Position numbers and translations under genes: made by a program. Below are positions 51,899 to 64,000 of a stretch of DNA of 64,000 bases, one piece after another. A model generated the notes under the pieces. The model saw only the letters and a program-made list of their open reading frames with translations. It did no database searches and was not told where the DNA came from. The stretch is from the human T2T-CHM13v2.0 reference genome, Homo sapiens. The number at the start of each line of letters is the position of its first letter. The first letter of the stretch is position 1. Location: assembly GCF_009914755.1 (NCBI RefSeq), contig NC_060935.1. One strand, written 5' to 3'.

Positions 51899-54531
51899 CT
51901 AGGAAGCAGAGGGTCGGGTCAGCAGAGGAGCCAGGTGGGAAGGAGGAGCCAGCCACTGGGGACTTTTGGGGCTCAGATGAGTCACCCCATAGCCCTTCCC
52001 CTATCTCCCAGGCAGATCCAAGTTTCCCCAACCTCAGAGAATATGACGCCCTGCCCAGCATTCACTCGGTTCCTGAGCTCTTGGTGGAGAAGGTGTCTGC
52101 AAAGAGCCATCCACCCTCTTGAACTAAGCCCTTGTAAATACGATTGTGTGCACAACACTTCCTAGCACTTCACCTTTACAAGGTGCTATTAATGCCCATT
52201 TCTTATTTGATCCATACATCAATTGTGGTTGTATCCCCCTGAGACAGATAAGGAAATTGAGACTCAGGAAGTAAGAGAAGCAGCTTGCCCAATGTCACAT
52301 GCCGATAAGGGCAGAGTTGGGGATTGAGCTCTGGCTCGCTACTTCCGGGTTCAGTCCCAGCCACTGCTGGCAGCCTAAGGTGAGGGGATGAGGTCCCAGT
52401 GTTGGCCTCCATGGCCCAGGGATCCAGGCAGTGGAGTGAGCTGCTATGGCAGGGGCCACTCAACTGCAGACCCCCTAACTCAAACAGATCTGCTGCTCGA
52501 CACTTGACTTCCCTCAGCCACCTCCACCCCATTCCTTTCTCTTTCGACTTCCCCGTCTTCTACTTTCCCTGTCCTTCCCTCTCTCTCTCCTGAGCAAGAG
52601 GAGAAATGTGCCTGAGACCCTCATTCTTCATCTTCATCACCTGCGCCTATCAGTGTCCTGGTGCACAGCAGATACTCAAAGAATAAACAAATGCCCTCCT
52701 AGGTGTTAGCCCAGCCCTGTGCCCCACAGAGTCCAGGATGAAGTGGCCTGGTGTCTCTTAGCGCAGGGGCCTTTGAGGGTGTGGACGAGTCCCTGGTCTG
52801 GTGGGCAGGCTAGCATCGGGGAGGAGTGGATGGTCACTCCACTGTCTGACTCACCGGCCACCACCTCCTAGAGCAGACACACTCCCAGCAGCCACACGAA
52901 AAAACAACACAGAGGCAGAGGAGCCGCCCCCACGGCCCCAGGCACAGGTGTGGGCTACTGAATCAGCAGTGCCCATCCCTGCTCCTGCTTGCCACCTCGC
53001 CACACACCTCGTACAGGACGCAGGGCCACACCTGTACAGAGGCCGTGGCCAGCATTGTGACCTAGAAATGGGACAGTGAGCGGCCAGGAGCCTGAACAGT
53101 TTCTGCAAGGCTCACCCCACCCCAGTCTAGGCCATCCCCCAGGCCTGGCCGGACCTCACCGGAGGGGCTGCCCTGCCGAGTTTGTACCCCAGGGACGATG
53201 ATTATCACACTCCTCAACCCCACTTCTGCAGCCACCGCCAGCCGCAGCTTCTCAGATGAGAGGGCATGGGAGACTGAACAGCAGAGTGTTCAACCCCGCC
53301 GTACCCCCTACCGAGCAGTGCGCCCTTTGAAAGGATGCTTCTCTGAGCCTCAGCCTTCTCGCCTGTAAAATGCAGTACACCCCACAGGGAAAATAAGGTA
53401 ATGTGCGTGAGAAGCTCAGTGAAATGCCCGGCATCGAGCGAGCACTCAATCATTGTCAGCTGTCACCATCACCATTAGCATCATCACTATTGTCATTAGA
53501 AGGAGGATTTCGGGATCTGAGTGCCGTTTGAAGCCAAATGATTGTCTTGCTGAAATGGCTTATCTGTCCTTGTGTGTGATTGAATGTCCCCCACATTTCA
53601 CAGGGACACCATGTGATATTGCCATCGCCAAGGTGCACAAATGGCCTCCTGAACCCCAACCCTTCTGCACACTTTTATCCCCCTCACCCCCTTCTCCTCC
53701 CCCAAAGAATCATATGCTGTGTCTGGAGAGCAATCAGGGGTCCTTTCCTTTGGGGTATTCACGTCTAGCAGTCATTAACAAGGCTGTACTCTCAAGGCCC
53801 CGTGCAACGCCTGGGACACCGGGTGGGGCCTTGGGGAAAGTGCCCAGGCTTCAGGCCCTAAAGGGACTGGGTGGAAAAGGACTTGACGATGTTGTTTCTC
53901 AGGTTCAGAGGTTTTCTGTGAGATGATTCAGTTGACCTCTGAGGGGACAGCATGACTCAGAAGAAGAGCTGACTTCAAGGGAGCTGGTGAGTCACAGAGA
54001 CACTGTGTCCCACCGTCCCCAGCCCAGCTCAACAGGCCAAGTCCAGCCTCTGGGCTCAGCACTGCTCAGCATGGCCATGATGACAGGCAAGTCCTCCCTC
54101 CAGGCATGGCTGCAGTTCTAGGTCACGTCTGCTAGAGTCTGCAAAGCCACCAGTTTGGAATCTGGCCCATACTAGTGGCAGCATCCACACAGCTGCTGGG
54201 CTGGGCCCGGCAATTAGATGTAGATCTGAACGAAACCAGTCTCTGAGTTTGATGGACAACCCACAGAGAGGAGGCATTTGTGGAGCCAGTGCCCAGGATG
54301 TCCCTGCTCTGGAGGTCTCTTCCTATAGTTGCATAACTTTGGCAGCAAGTTCAAAGGAGGAGGAGGGTTAGAATCCCTGTATCCTAGTCCAAACGGCCTG
54401 AGGAAGGGTGGGTGGGTGGGTGGGAACAATGAGAAGAAGCTCACTGGAGGCCAGCCCATGTCAGGCAGCAGGAATTGATTTGGGAGAGAAAGGTCTATGG
54501 CCTTGGGGCCCAGCCACGAGAGGGGACCTAC

Positions 54532-54730
54532 CGTTCTCCATGTGGTTCCTCTCAATGAAGTTACGGCTCAGGTCCGCCTTGCACATCTTCTCAACGTGGC
54601 GCATGCATACATTGAGCAGGTCGTCCTTGAAGTTGCCTAGTGACTGTCCCAGGCCCTCCCCCTCCAGCAGGACATGATAGGTGGGCAGGGGTGGGGGGAG
54701 AGAGTAATTGCTCATCAATGCACCAAATTC
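54532..54730 (-). CDS. TRIM29: TRIM29 coding exon 4 (199 bp, EFGALMSNYSLPPPLP...RNHMEN-G)
   Basis: Overlaps ORF 54461..54718; AG acceptor 54731-32, GTAGGT donor 54530-31; phase 0-1. Confidence 0.97.
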
Positions 54731-55089
54731 CTACCAAGAAAGGAAAGAACCATTAACTGCCTGGGTCTTCATGAGCTATGAGGACGCTTCTCTGCCAGGG
54801 GCTCTCACAGTGCAGCTGGGGGTCTCAGCGCTGCAAGCCCCACTCTTCCTCACTGGATGTTTGTTTCTTCTGTAACATGAAAAGGTTCAACTAAAAGCCA
54901 CTGGATGCTAACATCCCTGATGGCACTAGCGTTCAGATGTGTGACTCCACGACTCCCACCTCTAAAGTGGGTGCATCTGTTTACCTCATAGGGTTTATGA
55001 GAGGGACACAAACTGCAAAGACTGGGAGTGAACACACTAAAGAAATGCAAGGAATTACTATAGAATTTGGGGTCAGCCATGGTGGTATT

Positions 55090-55800
<711 letters not shown>

Positions 55801-56009
55801 ACGGACTAGATCCAAGATAACAAATATGCAGCACTCCTACACCACTCCCCCTCTACCCGATTCACTGATCTCACAACTCTTTCCTACTGAGCCCAGAGCA
55901 CTGCTAGCACATATCAATTGAAGTTGGTAAAAGGTGATATTTGTTTGCCATCTTGAGAGTAGGTAAAGAAATGGATTGGATTTAAAAAATTAAACAGAGA
56001 GAATGGCGC

Positions 56010-56106
56010 TTGGATAGATGGATGAATGGATGGATGGTTGGATGGCTGGATGGTGGATGAACAGATAGACGAATAGGTGGATAAGTGGATAGGTGGATGG
56101 ATGGAT
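56010..56106. repeat. Degenerate (TGGA)n microsatellite
   Basis: Direct observation. Confidence 0.85.
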
Positions 56107-56175
56107 GTTGGAGGGGGGTCTCAAAAAGTGGATTGTGAAATCGAGGGCTTGAGTGACAGAGGAGTGGCTTGTTAC

Positions 56176-56409
56176 CTGCAGAAACAACACAGAGTCGCTG
56201 ATGCTATGCAGCTGCTCCCGGGTCTGCTTGTCCTCATGCAGCACCTTGGCTCTCTCATCCAGAGCATCCATGATCACCTTCACTTGGTCCACAGCATCCT
56301 GCTCCCGCTGCTCCAGCGCAGCCCTCACTTCCTCCTTTTGCTTCTCCAGGTCCCGCACCAGGTCCCGGAAGTTCTGCTCCAGGATGGCCTTCTCATTGGT
56401 GGTGAAGCT
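56176..56409 (-). CDS. TRIM29: TRIM29 coding exon 3 (234 bp, SFTTNEKAILEQNFRDLV...SDSVLFLQ), coiled coil
   Basis: Overlaps ORF 55990..56358; AG acceptor at 56410-11, GTAACA donor at 56174-75; phase 0-0, in frame with exon 2. Confidence 0.97.
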
Positions 56410-57239
56410 CTGGAGGTCCAGAGTCAGGGAAGAGATTAGGCAGGGCTTTAGTTAGGGAAAGAAATCACCCTAGTCGGGTATGTCTTTAGGTTTCCAGCAC
56501 AGGATCAGGGCATTCCCACTGCCCCAACCTGGCAAGCCTATTTGGCCAAGAATCTCATTCAAAGGCATCACTGAGGGATGCCACCTACTGACAGAGATAG
56601 CCAGGTTTGTTCACAGTCCACGCTTCTTATCTACCTGTGGCTCCTTCCTCTTGGTGGGTTGATATGAGCCATCATTCCCTGTGGGCCCCAAAGTTCTCCC
56701 ATGGGTCACAATATGCTCCCTGAAACCCTAACCAGAACCAAACATTATTCAGAAAATGAATGTATATGTAGAAATGTGTATTCAGAAAATGAATGTGTAT
56801 GCTGGCTGTGTATGTAGTCAGGGTCAAGCAGGCAGTGATTTCAGATTGTGGTTTGCAATTACCCAAACCATGGCAGACATACATTTAGCCAAAATGGCAT
56901 AAGTAGAGAAGAAATGGTGTGTATTTGGTGGCTGGGGAGTCTTGTGGGCAGAACAGACATTGGAGGACATTGGAAGACACACTGGAGGAAAGTCTGGGGT
57001 CTTTACTTGCTGGGATAATATGAAATGGGCATTAGGTCACAGACAGGATCCCACCTGAGTGCCTGGCTCAGACTGAGAAGGGGAGTTGGTGAGAATGTCA
57101 GAGGAGGTGGGAGAAGCCAGAAGAAACATATTGGGATGTCTACGTGGGCCTGGGACTCAAATGGGAGCCAAGGCCTGCGTCTTTCCAGGCAGGCCAGGTC
57201 GGGTAAGGGAGCAGCAAGGTGAGCTTGGGGGCTGCTCAC

Positions 57240-57335
57240 CTTGATGCGGTCCTTCTCCTTCTGCCACTTCTCAGCTTCATCCTCAATCTCAATGATCTTG
57301 AGCTGCAGCTGCTCCTTTTGCAGTGACAGCTCCGT
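57240..57335 (-). CDS. TRIM29: TRIM29 coding exon 2 (96 bp, TELSLQKEQLQLKIIEIEDEAEKWQKEKDRIK), start of coiled coil
   Basis: Peptide recognised as TRIM29; AG acceptor (ct 57336-37) and GTGAGC donor (ac 57238-39); phase 0-0; 96-bp exon typical of TRIM coiled-coil regions. Confidence 0.97.
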
Positions 57336-57487
57336 CTGCAGAGAAAGAGCCAGGATTGGAGAAGTCAGGGGGAGGAGATGGAAGAGAACCAGAGAACCAG
57401 GGAGCGGCTCCACTCAGGGGGCACACTCGCAGCCAGGGCTCATCACTCATCTATTCAGCTCTTCATTCAGCAAACATTCATCAGGAC

Positions 57488-57508
57488 CTCGGATATGCCA
57501 GGCACCAT
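57488..57508 (-). CDS. TRIM29: Candidate alternative first-exon coding part MVPGISE spliced to exon 2 (short isoform without B-boxes)
   Basis: ATG GTG CCT GGC ATA TCC GAG|GTCCTG; phase 0 matches the exon 2 acceptor. Confidence 0.5.
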
Positions 57509-57779
57509 GCCAGTCGCCAAGGATCTAGCAGTAAGTTAAATACCATCTTGCTGTATTCTCAGGCCACTAGGGCTGGATATCCTAGCCATGTCTTTTTAAG
57601 GGCTAAACCTCTGCCTATCTCCTCCACCCAGCAAGAGCAGGAGGGAAACTCATTTACAGGGTGCTTGCCCTTTTCAGTGGACCTGGGGACAATGGGAAGA
57701 GAAAGGAAGGGGATCCAGCCCAGCTCAGCCCAGCCCAGCCCAGGGAGTGTCTCGTGGCAGTAACAGTGTGCAGCGTTTC

Positions 57780-57880
57780 TATGGCATGACGTAGGGCTGT
57801 GTTGCAAGCAGCAGCCAGGGTTGCCGCCGGCGTGGACTCCGTCTGGGCAGGCACAGCTATAAAACCTGTTTATGGGAAAG
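57780..57880 (-). promoter_or_regulatory. Candidate internal promoter in TRIM29 intron 1
   Basis: Minus-strand CATAAA (57869-74) overlapping a GRHL-like AACCTGTT (57863-70), TATAAAA on + (57858-64), CRE-like TGACGT (57787-92), local CpG cluster. Confidence 0.4.
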
Positions 57881-60800
57881 GGAAGGTATTCTGCAGTTTT
57901 GGCAAGACGGAGACTTTTACCCAGGGGCTCTGGGGAAGGAGAAGGCTGGAGAGGAAGGCAGTGTAGAGTGGAAGAAGAGGTTGTAGGGACCCCTGCTCAG
58001 GAAGAGGACACAGACTGTTGGGGTCTGGGGTGGTTTAGGAAGAGGTTGTATCAGTAGCACACTGGGACATTAGCTTTCACTCCCATACTCACCTTTCATG
58101 TGGGGAAATGCCCTTCTCTGAAAAGCAGCCACAATAGAGACAAAAGGAGAGGCATGAAGCTAAGGCCAATCCCATCCAGCCAAGCCTCTGTTCTGCTGGG
58201 CTGTCCTGTAGGACACTCAAAGCCCCTTCTAGCATGGACAATAGGTGGATGATCTCCACCTGACAGAACAAAGCATCCAAGAGAGCCTTGGATTGCTCCA
58301 GATCTCCCCACTACCACTGGGTTTTGAATGCAGAGTCCCACCCCTTTCTCTGGCCATCACCTTGAGGAGCCCAAAAGAATAGTCAAGGTGAGGACGCCAC
58401 AAACCTCTAGGAATGGGAGTCCCATCAGCCAGGAGTCATGAGCACCTGGGCACATGCAACACCATGCGGCACACCTTCTGAACGCCCCACCGGGCCAAGG
58501 AAGTGCTAACAGGGGACCTCCTGCAGGCACCCGGGGAAGTGGATCCGATGGCAGATAGAGCTTCCCTGGCTTTCCTGGAAAAGGTGCCCGGAGGGTGGGG
58601 AAGGCATGGGGCAAGAGCCACAGAGCTTCCCAGAGAGTCCTTGAATCCCTGGCCTCCCCGCCCCCACCACCACATTCCTGGACTCTCCAGGCAGGGAGAT
58701 TCAGAGTTGTTCTCAGTAGCATTTGCCCCACCAGCAAACGGCCGGAAATGCCATAGCATGGAAAATACCATCACCAGAGATGGAAAAGAGGACCTAAGGA
58801 GATGAGGATGGAGATTTGGCCCCATCTCTGGAAAAAAGTCTGGAGAGAAGCCAGCAGCCACTAAATAAGGTGGTGAGAGAGTGGAAAACAGAGAAAGCAG
58901 GCCCACTGTAATGGCAGAAACTCGACCCTCACACTCTCTGACGATGCAGAGCCCAAGAGCCCAGGAAACACAGGCTGGCAGATCCCACAGCCCCAAAGGC
59001 CTCCGAGGAGGCTGGACTTGGCAAGCAGATCTGAGCTGTGAGGAAGAGTCCAAGAGAGTGGACTGGGGGTCTGTCCGAAGCACCTTTCTCATCCCTGGAG
59101 AACTCCTGAGTGAAGTCCAAGGTCAGGGAACAGCTGGAGACCCCCAACCTCCTGACCCAGCTCAGTGATGGAGGAGTTGGCACCTGGGTTCCTCACCCCA
59201 CCTTACCACCCCGAGGACAAGGTCTGATGGAAAGGAAAGCAGAGAACAAAACACAATCCCTCCCACCATAGGCCAGGGCCCAGCGCTGGTAAAAGTCCTG
59301 TCTCAAATAGGAGATGGGCAGCCCTTCCATGAAATGAGCAATGGTGGGCTCAGAGGGGGCTCCCCAGGAGCACAGGACAGCAGGTGCCTCTGAAAGTTGC
59401 CTGGCTTCTCTGTGCCTCAGTAGCCCTGTCTGGTCCATGGGAGCAGGAAGAGGACCTGCCTTCCAGGGAAGCTGTGGGATGCCCTGGGATTGGGAGTGAA
59501 GCCCCCAGAAAGCATTTGGCACAGCGTGAGCACTGTCTGAGCAATGGTTCCCATCATCACTATTGTGTGGGCAACTTCCATGGACCAGGGGCCAGGCTGG
59601 GTGCTTTCACTCACACCATGCTCGGAGCAGTGTGTGCAGCATGGTGGGCAGGTGGGCCCGGCATTGGCAAGTGAGGAGCACAGCAGATGTGGTCAGGTGA
59701 GGGGTTGGTGGTGTTCAGTGGTGAGGATAGTGTACGCTGTCAGATTGGGATCCAGATGAAGTGTGTACACTGTCCGGACACAGAGTGAACAGTAGGGAGT
59801 GCATAGAGAGGCTGGTGAGGTCAAGATACTGGGCTGAATGCAAGAGGGAAGCGTAGCTCATGGATAATTGAAGATTGGAGGACACTGGTGGAAATGAAGG
59901 AGGACAAAAGGGGATGAGGGTGGACTAACCACCTGCAAGTGGCAGAAGGTCTGACCAGAGAAGGTGAAGGCCAGGAGTTGAGTGCCTGGAGTGAGCAGAA
60001 GTGCACAGGGAGACCAGGTGAGGGCTGCATGGTTGGGGCTGCAGAGGAGGAAAGGTCTCCCCAGGTGAGCGTGGATTCATTGGCCAAGACAGACGAAGGA
60101 GATAGTGAGTTCAGGGATGCAGAATTCAATGGGGATTAGAACAAAGAAGTGTCTAGGCCAAGGGCAGGGAGAGGCCAGTCCCTCAGGAGTCCATCCTGTG
60201 TAAGAGAACAAGGGAAGAGGGCAATAGGGCTAGTTGAGCACCGAGGGGTGGAGAGTAGAGCCAGAGGTGTTGGCGGATGATGTGGAAACCTGTGAGGGCA
60301 GGGCCAGAAGGGGAGACTGTCTGCAGCTGTGGGCAGAAGAGTCGGTCAGGGTGGAGGAGAGACTTGGCCTCCTATTTCTTTGGGGCACTGAAGAAGTAGG
60401 ACACAGGCTGGGAAGGGGCCTTGTTCCCACAGCATGTCTTGCAAGACCAGACCGGCAGGACACAGCAGGCTCTTGGAGTTCCCATGGACTGGGAACTCTG
60501 TGCTGCTAGAATGGTCCTTTCTCACCTCTGGGATGAGTCCTACCCTGTCGGGGGAGGAGCATTTGGGGTGACAGCTAGGGATGCACCTTGTGTCTGTTCA
60601 GCTCTTGGCAATTTTTCCTGTATAGGAAGTAATATAACATGGGAAGGTTTAAAAGTCGCTGGGCTCTCCTTCAACACTAGGAGAGGGAAGGAAGGCAGTG
60701 TTGATTACTGAGCATCTAGTATGTGCCAGGACTTTTCTCCTTTAACCAGCAAAAGCCTCCTGTGGAGGTAAGTGGCATTATCCCTCCGACTTCACAGGTG

Positions 60801-61949
60801 TGAAAACCGAGGCCTATAAAGATTACACAGCTTGCCTGAGTTCTCACAGTTGGAAAGCAGTAAGGCCAAGCTTCAACAACAGGACTCAGATCCTATTCTG
60901 TGCTTCAAGAGGCGCACCTAGAGGTGGTGGCACTAGGCTGTCCTGTGTGTCTTCTGTGGCATCGTCCTTCCCCTTCACTCCTGCTGGCCTAAGCCCTCCC
61001 ATGCTCCCTTCACCTTGCAGATGGCACTTTGGCAGTTCCATCTCTTTCCTTTTGCCCCTGCTTCCCTCCCAGCACCCTCCCCATTGTCCTCTGAGGCCCC
61101 AGCTTTCTCTCTCCCTCTCTCCCTCTTCCCTCAGAAAGTGGTTGAAGGCCCTGATGGCTGACAGGGCCTCTGATCCCCACAGTCCCGCCCTGCCCACACC
61201 TCCCTCCTGACTTCCTACTCTCCGCTTCATTCCTCCCTGCCCAGGCCTGTCCCTAAATGACTCCTTTGTTCCCTTCTCCCACACCTGTCTGTTTGCCTCT
61301 TGCTCTCTGATGCCAGGAACGGGCCCTGCATGGGCCACCTAACCTTGAAATCCTTCAGCCTTGGGTGAGCAGAGGTTTTCCCGAGAGCAGATGGGTGGTG
61401 CAGCAGCTAGCAGTGCCTCAACCTGGACGTGGTCTTCAGGTGGAGACACACCTGAGCACCCACCCGGATAGGTGTACCTGCACTGGCTCCAGGGAGGAGA
61501 GGACTGGCCATGATCTTCCCCTGGCCTGAATTCACTACATGGGCCATCGGCTGTGACATTTGCCAAATGAGCCAGTTAATTGCCAAATTTGTACTCTCAG
61601 ACAAATGGTAATTATCTGGATAAGAATCTGAAATGCTGGATAGATTTCCCCATTTCCACTCGGACGTAAAACAGCCCAGGATCAGTTAGTCTGTTTGACT
61701 GAGATTTACTGTTCCTTTTGCCTCCTCACAGCCTCAGGTCAGGGGAGGGGTGAGATGGGGCAAGGAAGGTATCACCCTGGCCATCTCCAGCCAAGAGTGG
61801 GGAAGAAGACAGAATGCCAGGCCCACAGAGAGTTAGCACCCCCCTCAGTCTCCTCCTTCACCTTGCAGATGGGGACGCAGGCACAGTGGGAACCTCCCCT
61901 TCCTGGGCCTTGGTTTCCTTGTGGTGAAATTGGACTAGATCTCTGATTC

Positions 61950-62082
61950 CCAACCCAGCTACACATTAGAATTCTCTAGGGAGACCTTTAAAATACCTCC
62001 TGGGCTAAGGCCTGGGAATCTGTGTTTCAACAATTCACCAGCTGATTCTGGTCTGGGGATTGCTGTTTGGGAGCCACTGGAC
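61950..62082. mobile_element. MER5-like hAT-Charlie MITE fragment
   Basis: cacattagaat...ctgggaatctgtgtttcaacaa...gctgattctg...tttgggagccactgg. Confidence 0.65.
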
Positions 62083-64000
62083 TCGGTGATCTCAAGAAGA
62101 CCCTTCCAATCCTACAGGAACAAAAAGGCTTAAAATAGCGGAGAGGAATCCCAGCTCTGCCACTCTTGAGTGCTGTAACTTGTGTAAGTCTCTTGACGAC
62201 TTTGACCTTGTTTCTTCATCTACAAGTAGGACATGCTGGGCCCGGCACTGGCACTCAGGTGTGTGCCACAGACACTGGGTTGCCTCCTGCCTGCCTGTCA
62301 CTTTGCTCCCCTGCTTCCTGTCTCCAAGCTTCTTTTATTTTGTTATTTCCCCCTTAGCACCCAGAGAGGCCCCCCTACCTCCTTTCTCACCCACCCTGTC
62401 CCAGGGCAAGCATTCTCCCCCAAAGTCACCAAGGTCTCCAGGGAAAGTGGGCCCAGCCCCTCCAGGGCACCCTGGCCTTTAGCCTGGCTCCCCTTCCCGA
62501 ATCCCAAAGAGCTTTCCTGGGCAGACCAGCGCTGCTCAGAAAAGCAAGGACCAGCGGCTGCCCATGCCCAGCAGCCAGTGGCTCAGCTTTTGTGTTAGAA
62601 TTGGGAATGAGACGAGAAACAAAGCCACAGATGTGGTGAGAGAACTGAACTGAACCAAATGGTGGGGTTGAGAGAGTGGAGGAGGTGTGAGGCTAAGCCT
62701 CTCCAAAGCAATGCTCCTAGCTGAGTGACCTCCACACACGCCTCGTCATGCTGCCACCCCAGAGCAGGCCAGATCCATGACAGTGCAGGGCCCCCCAAGA
62801 GCAGCCAGCCGTCCACCCAGGAGGTCTTAACATCCTGGCCTGCTGAAGCTTGAGATAGGCAGAAGGAAGGGCCATAAGACACAGAAAGGGATGTATGTGT
62901 ACATTTCAATCTCACCCACCTAACCTAGCCTGGGAAGTGTTCAGTGGCAGAGGGGAAGACAGGAGGACATGTATGAGGCCTATTGTGACATTTGGGGTGG
63001 CACTGGAAACATGCTGACCCAGGGACCACCAGAGGAAGGTGCTGTCATGTTGCCGCACCAAGCGATCTTTTTCTAACAGAGACTCTGCTCAGAGTCTGTA
63101 GGTAGAGCTGAGGCCCAGAAGACAGGCACCCACAGCCCTGGGTGTCATCGTAGCCTCACACCACCAACCGAGGCAGGTCTGAGGCTGTATCACCTGGGCC
63201 TTCACCACTGGCCTGCGGAACGGGTTCTGAACAAAGCCACTTGCAAACAGCTATGCGTGGGCTGATGTTTGGGTCTGCAGGAGATGCCTCAAAAGGATGC
63301 CAGGACTGGCATGCTCATTCACTTTGGCCCATCTACCCACTAACCCTGCTCTGTGCCAATGTCCCCCACCTGTGACATTCCAGCAGAGCCAGGCCGAGAC
63401 AGCCCGTGTGCCCAGCTCAGTCTCCTGGCTTCCTGGCTCCACTTCTCCCCGCCTAGCCCTATGCTGCAGGTGCACATGTGTGTGCACACACACGGAGGCT
63501 ACCTGAAGCTCCCACCATCACAGTCACTTTAGAGGACCAGGCATTTTCTCCTAAAACACACATATCCCAATCCCATCCCCTTGGGGCCCTTTCCCTGAGG
63601 CACTCTCAAACACTGGAAGAGGGCTTAGGGGGCTTCCTCCTCAAACAAGGACCTTGGACAGGCCCCTTCCTTCCTCTGTGCCTGTGTCCCTATCTGCAAG
63701 GTGAGGGAGGACACTGAGGGGGTGGCTAATACTCTGTTGGCCCGGCATTCTGTCTACTACGGTTGGACGTTAACTTCTAGCCGCTCTGTGTAACTAGACG
63801 GGCGCTCCCCAGTCCTGTTTGTGTGTATGAGCCCTGCCTCCTGACCCACATCATGAGCCCTCCCTCAAGGAAGAACTGTGAGTCCCTCAGCGGCCCCCAT
63901 GCCAGAACCCGAACTCTGAACTCTGAGCTCCTGGCACATCCACATAGGGCTGCCCAAGACCCTCCTGCCCACCAGAACCACATCTTCCAGGGGTGCCCAG

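Larger units (their letters stand above)
50418..54094. promoter_or_regulatory. Intronic AP-1 site cluster (candidate epithelial enhancer)
   Basis: TGA(C/G)TCA at 50418, 51978, 52847, 53953, 53988; p53/p63 half-site AGGCAAGTCC at 54085-94. Confidence 0.45.

Noticed and set aside
56077-56455. + strand ORFs opposite exon 3 (similar ones opposite exons 2, 4 and 6)
   Set aside because: Antisense shadows of TRIM29 coding exons
60428-60450. Possible full p53/p63 site AGCATGTCTTGCAAGACC (similar at ~48660 and ~62222)
   Set aside because: CWWG cores are 9 bp apart rather than the canonical 10 bp
57336-64000. Search for TRIM29 exon 1 (B-box exon) and main promoter
   Set aside because: No B-box (C/H-rich) coding sequence on the minus strand; exon 1 lies beyond the right edge of the window

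Overview
Human (primate) genomic DNA. The right part (~40.1-64 kb) holds the 3' portion of TRIM29 (ATDC) on the minus strand: coding exons 2-9 all have canonical GT-AG boundaries and join in frame to the C-terminus ...GNGIGSNEAP*, followed by a ~1.1 kb 3'UTR with AATAAA. Exon 1 (B-box exon) lies beyond the right edge. The left ~40 kb is intergenic, with Alu, L1, L2, MIR, MLT2 LTR and a MER63-type hAT transposon. It is dominated by a ~4.2 kb 37-bp minisatellite (~113 units) whose unit resembles an Alu segment and carries an RBPJ/CSL site, a ZEB/SNAI E-box and a near NF-kB site. Other leads are candidate alternative TRIM29 exons and internal promoters, three symmetric phase-1 exons, an intronic AP-1 cluster and a 45-bp dispersed duplication. 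No prokaryote-type system or new protein-coding gene is supported. Repeat subfamily names and boundaries are by eye and approximate.
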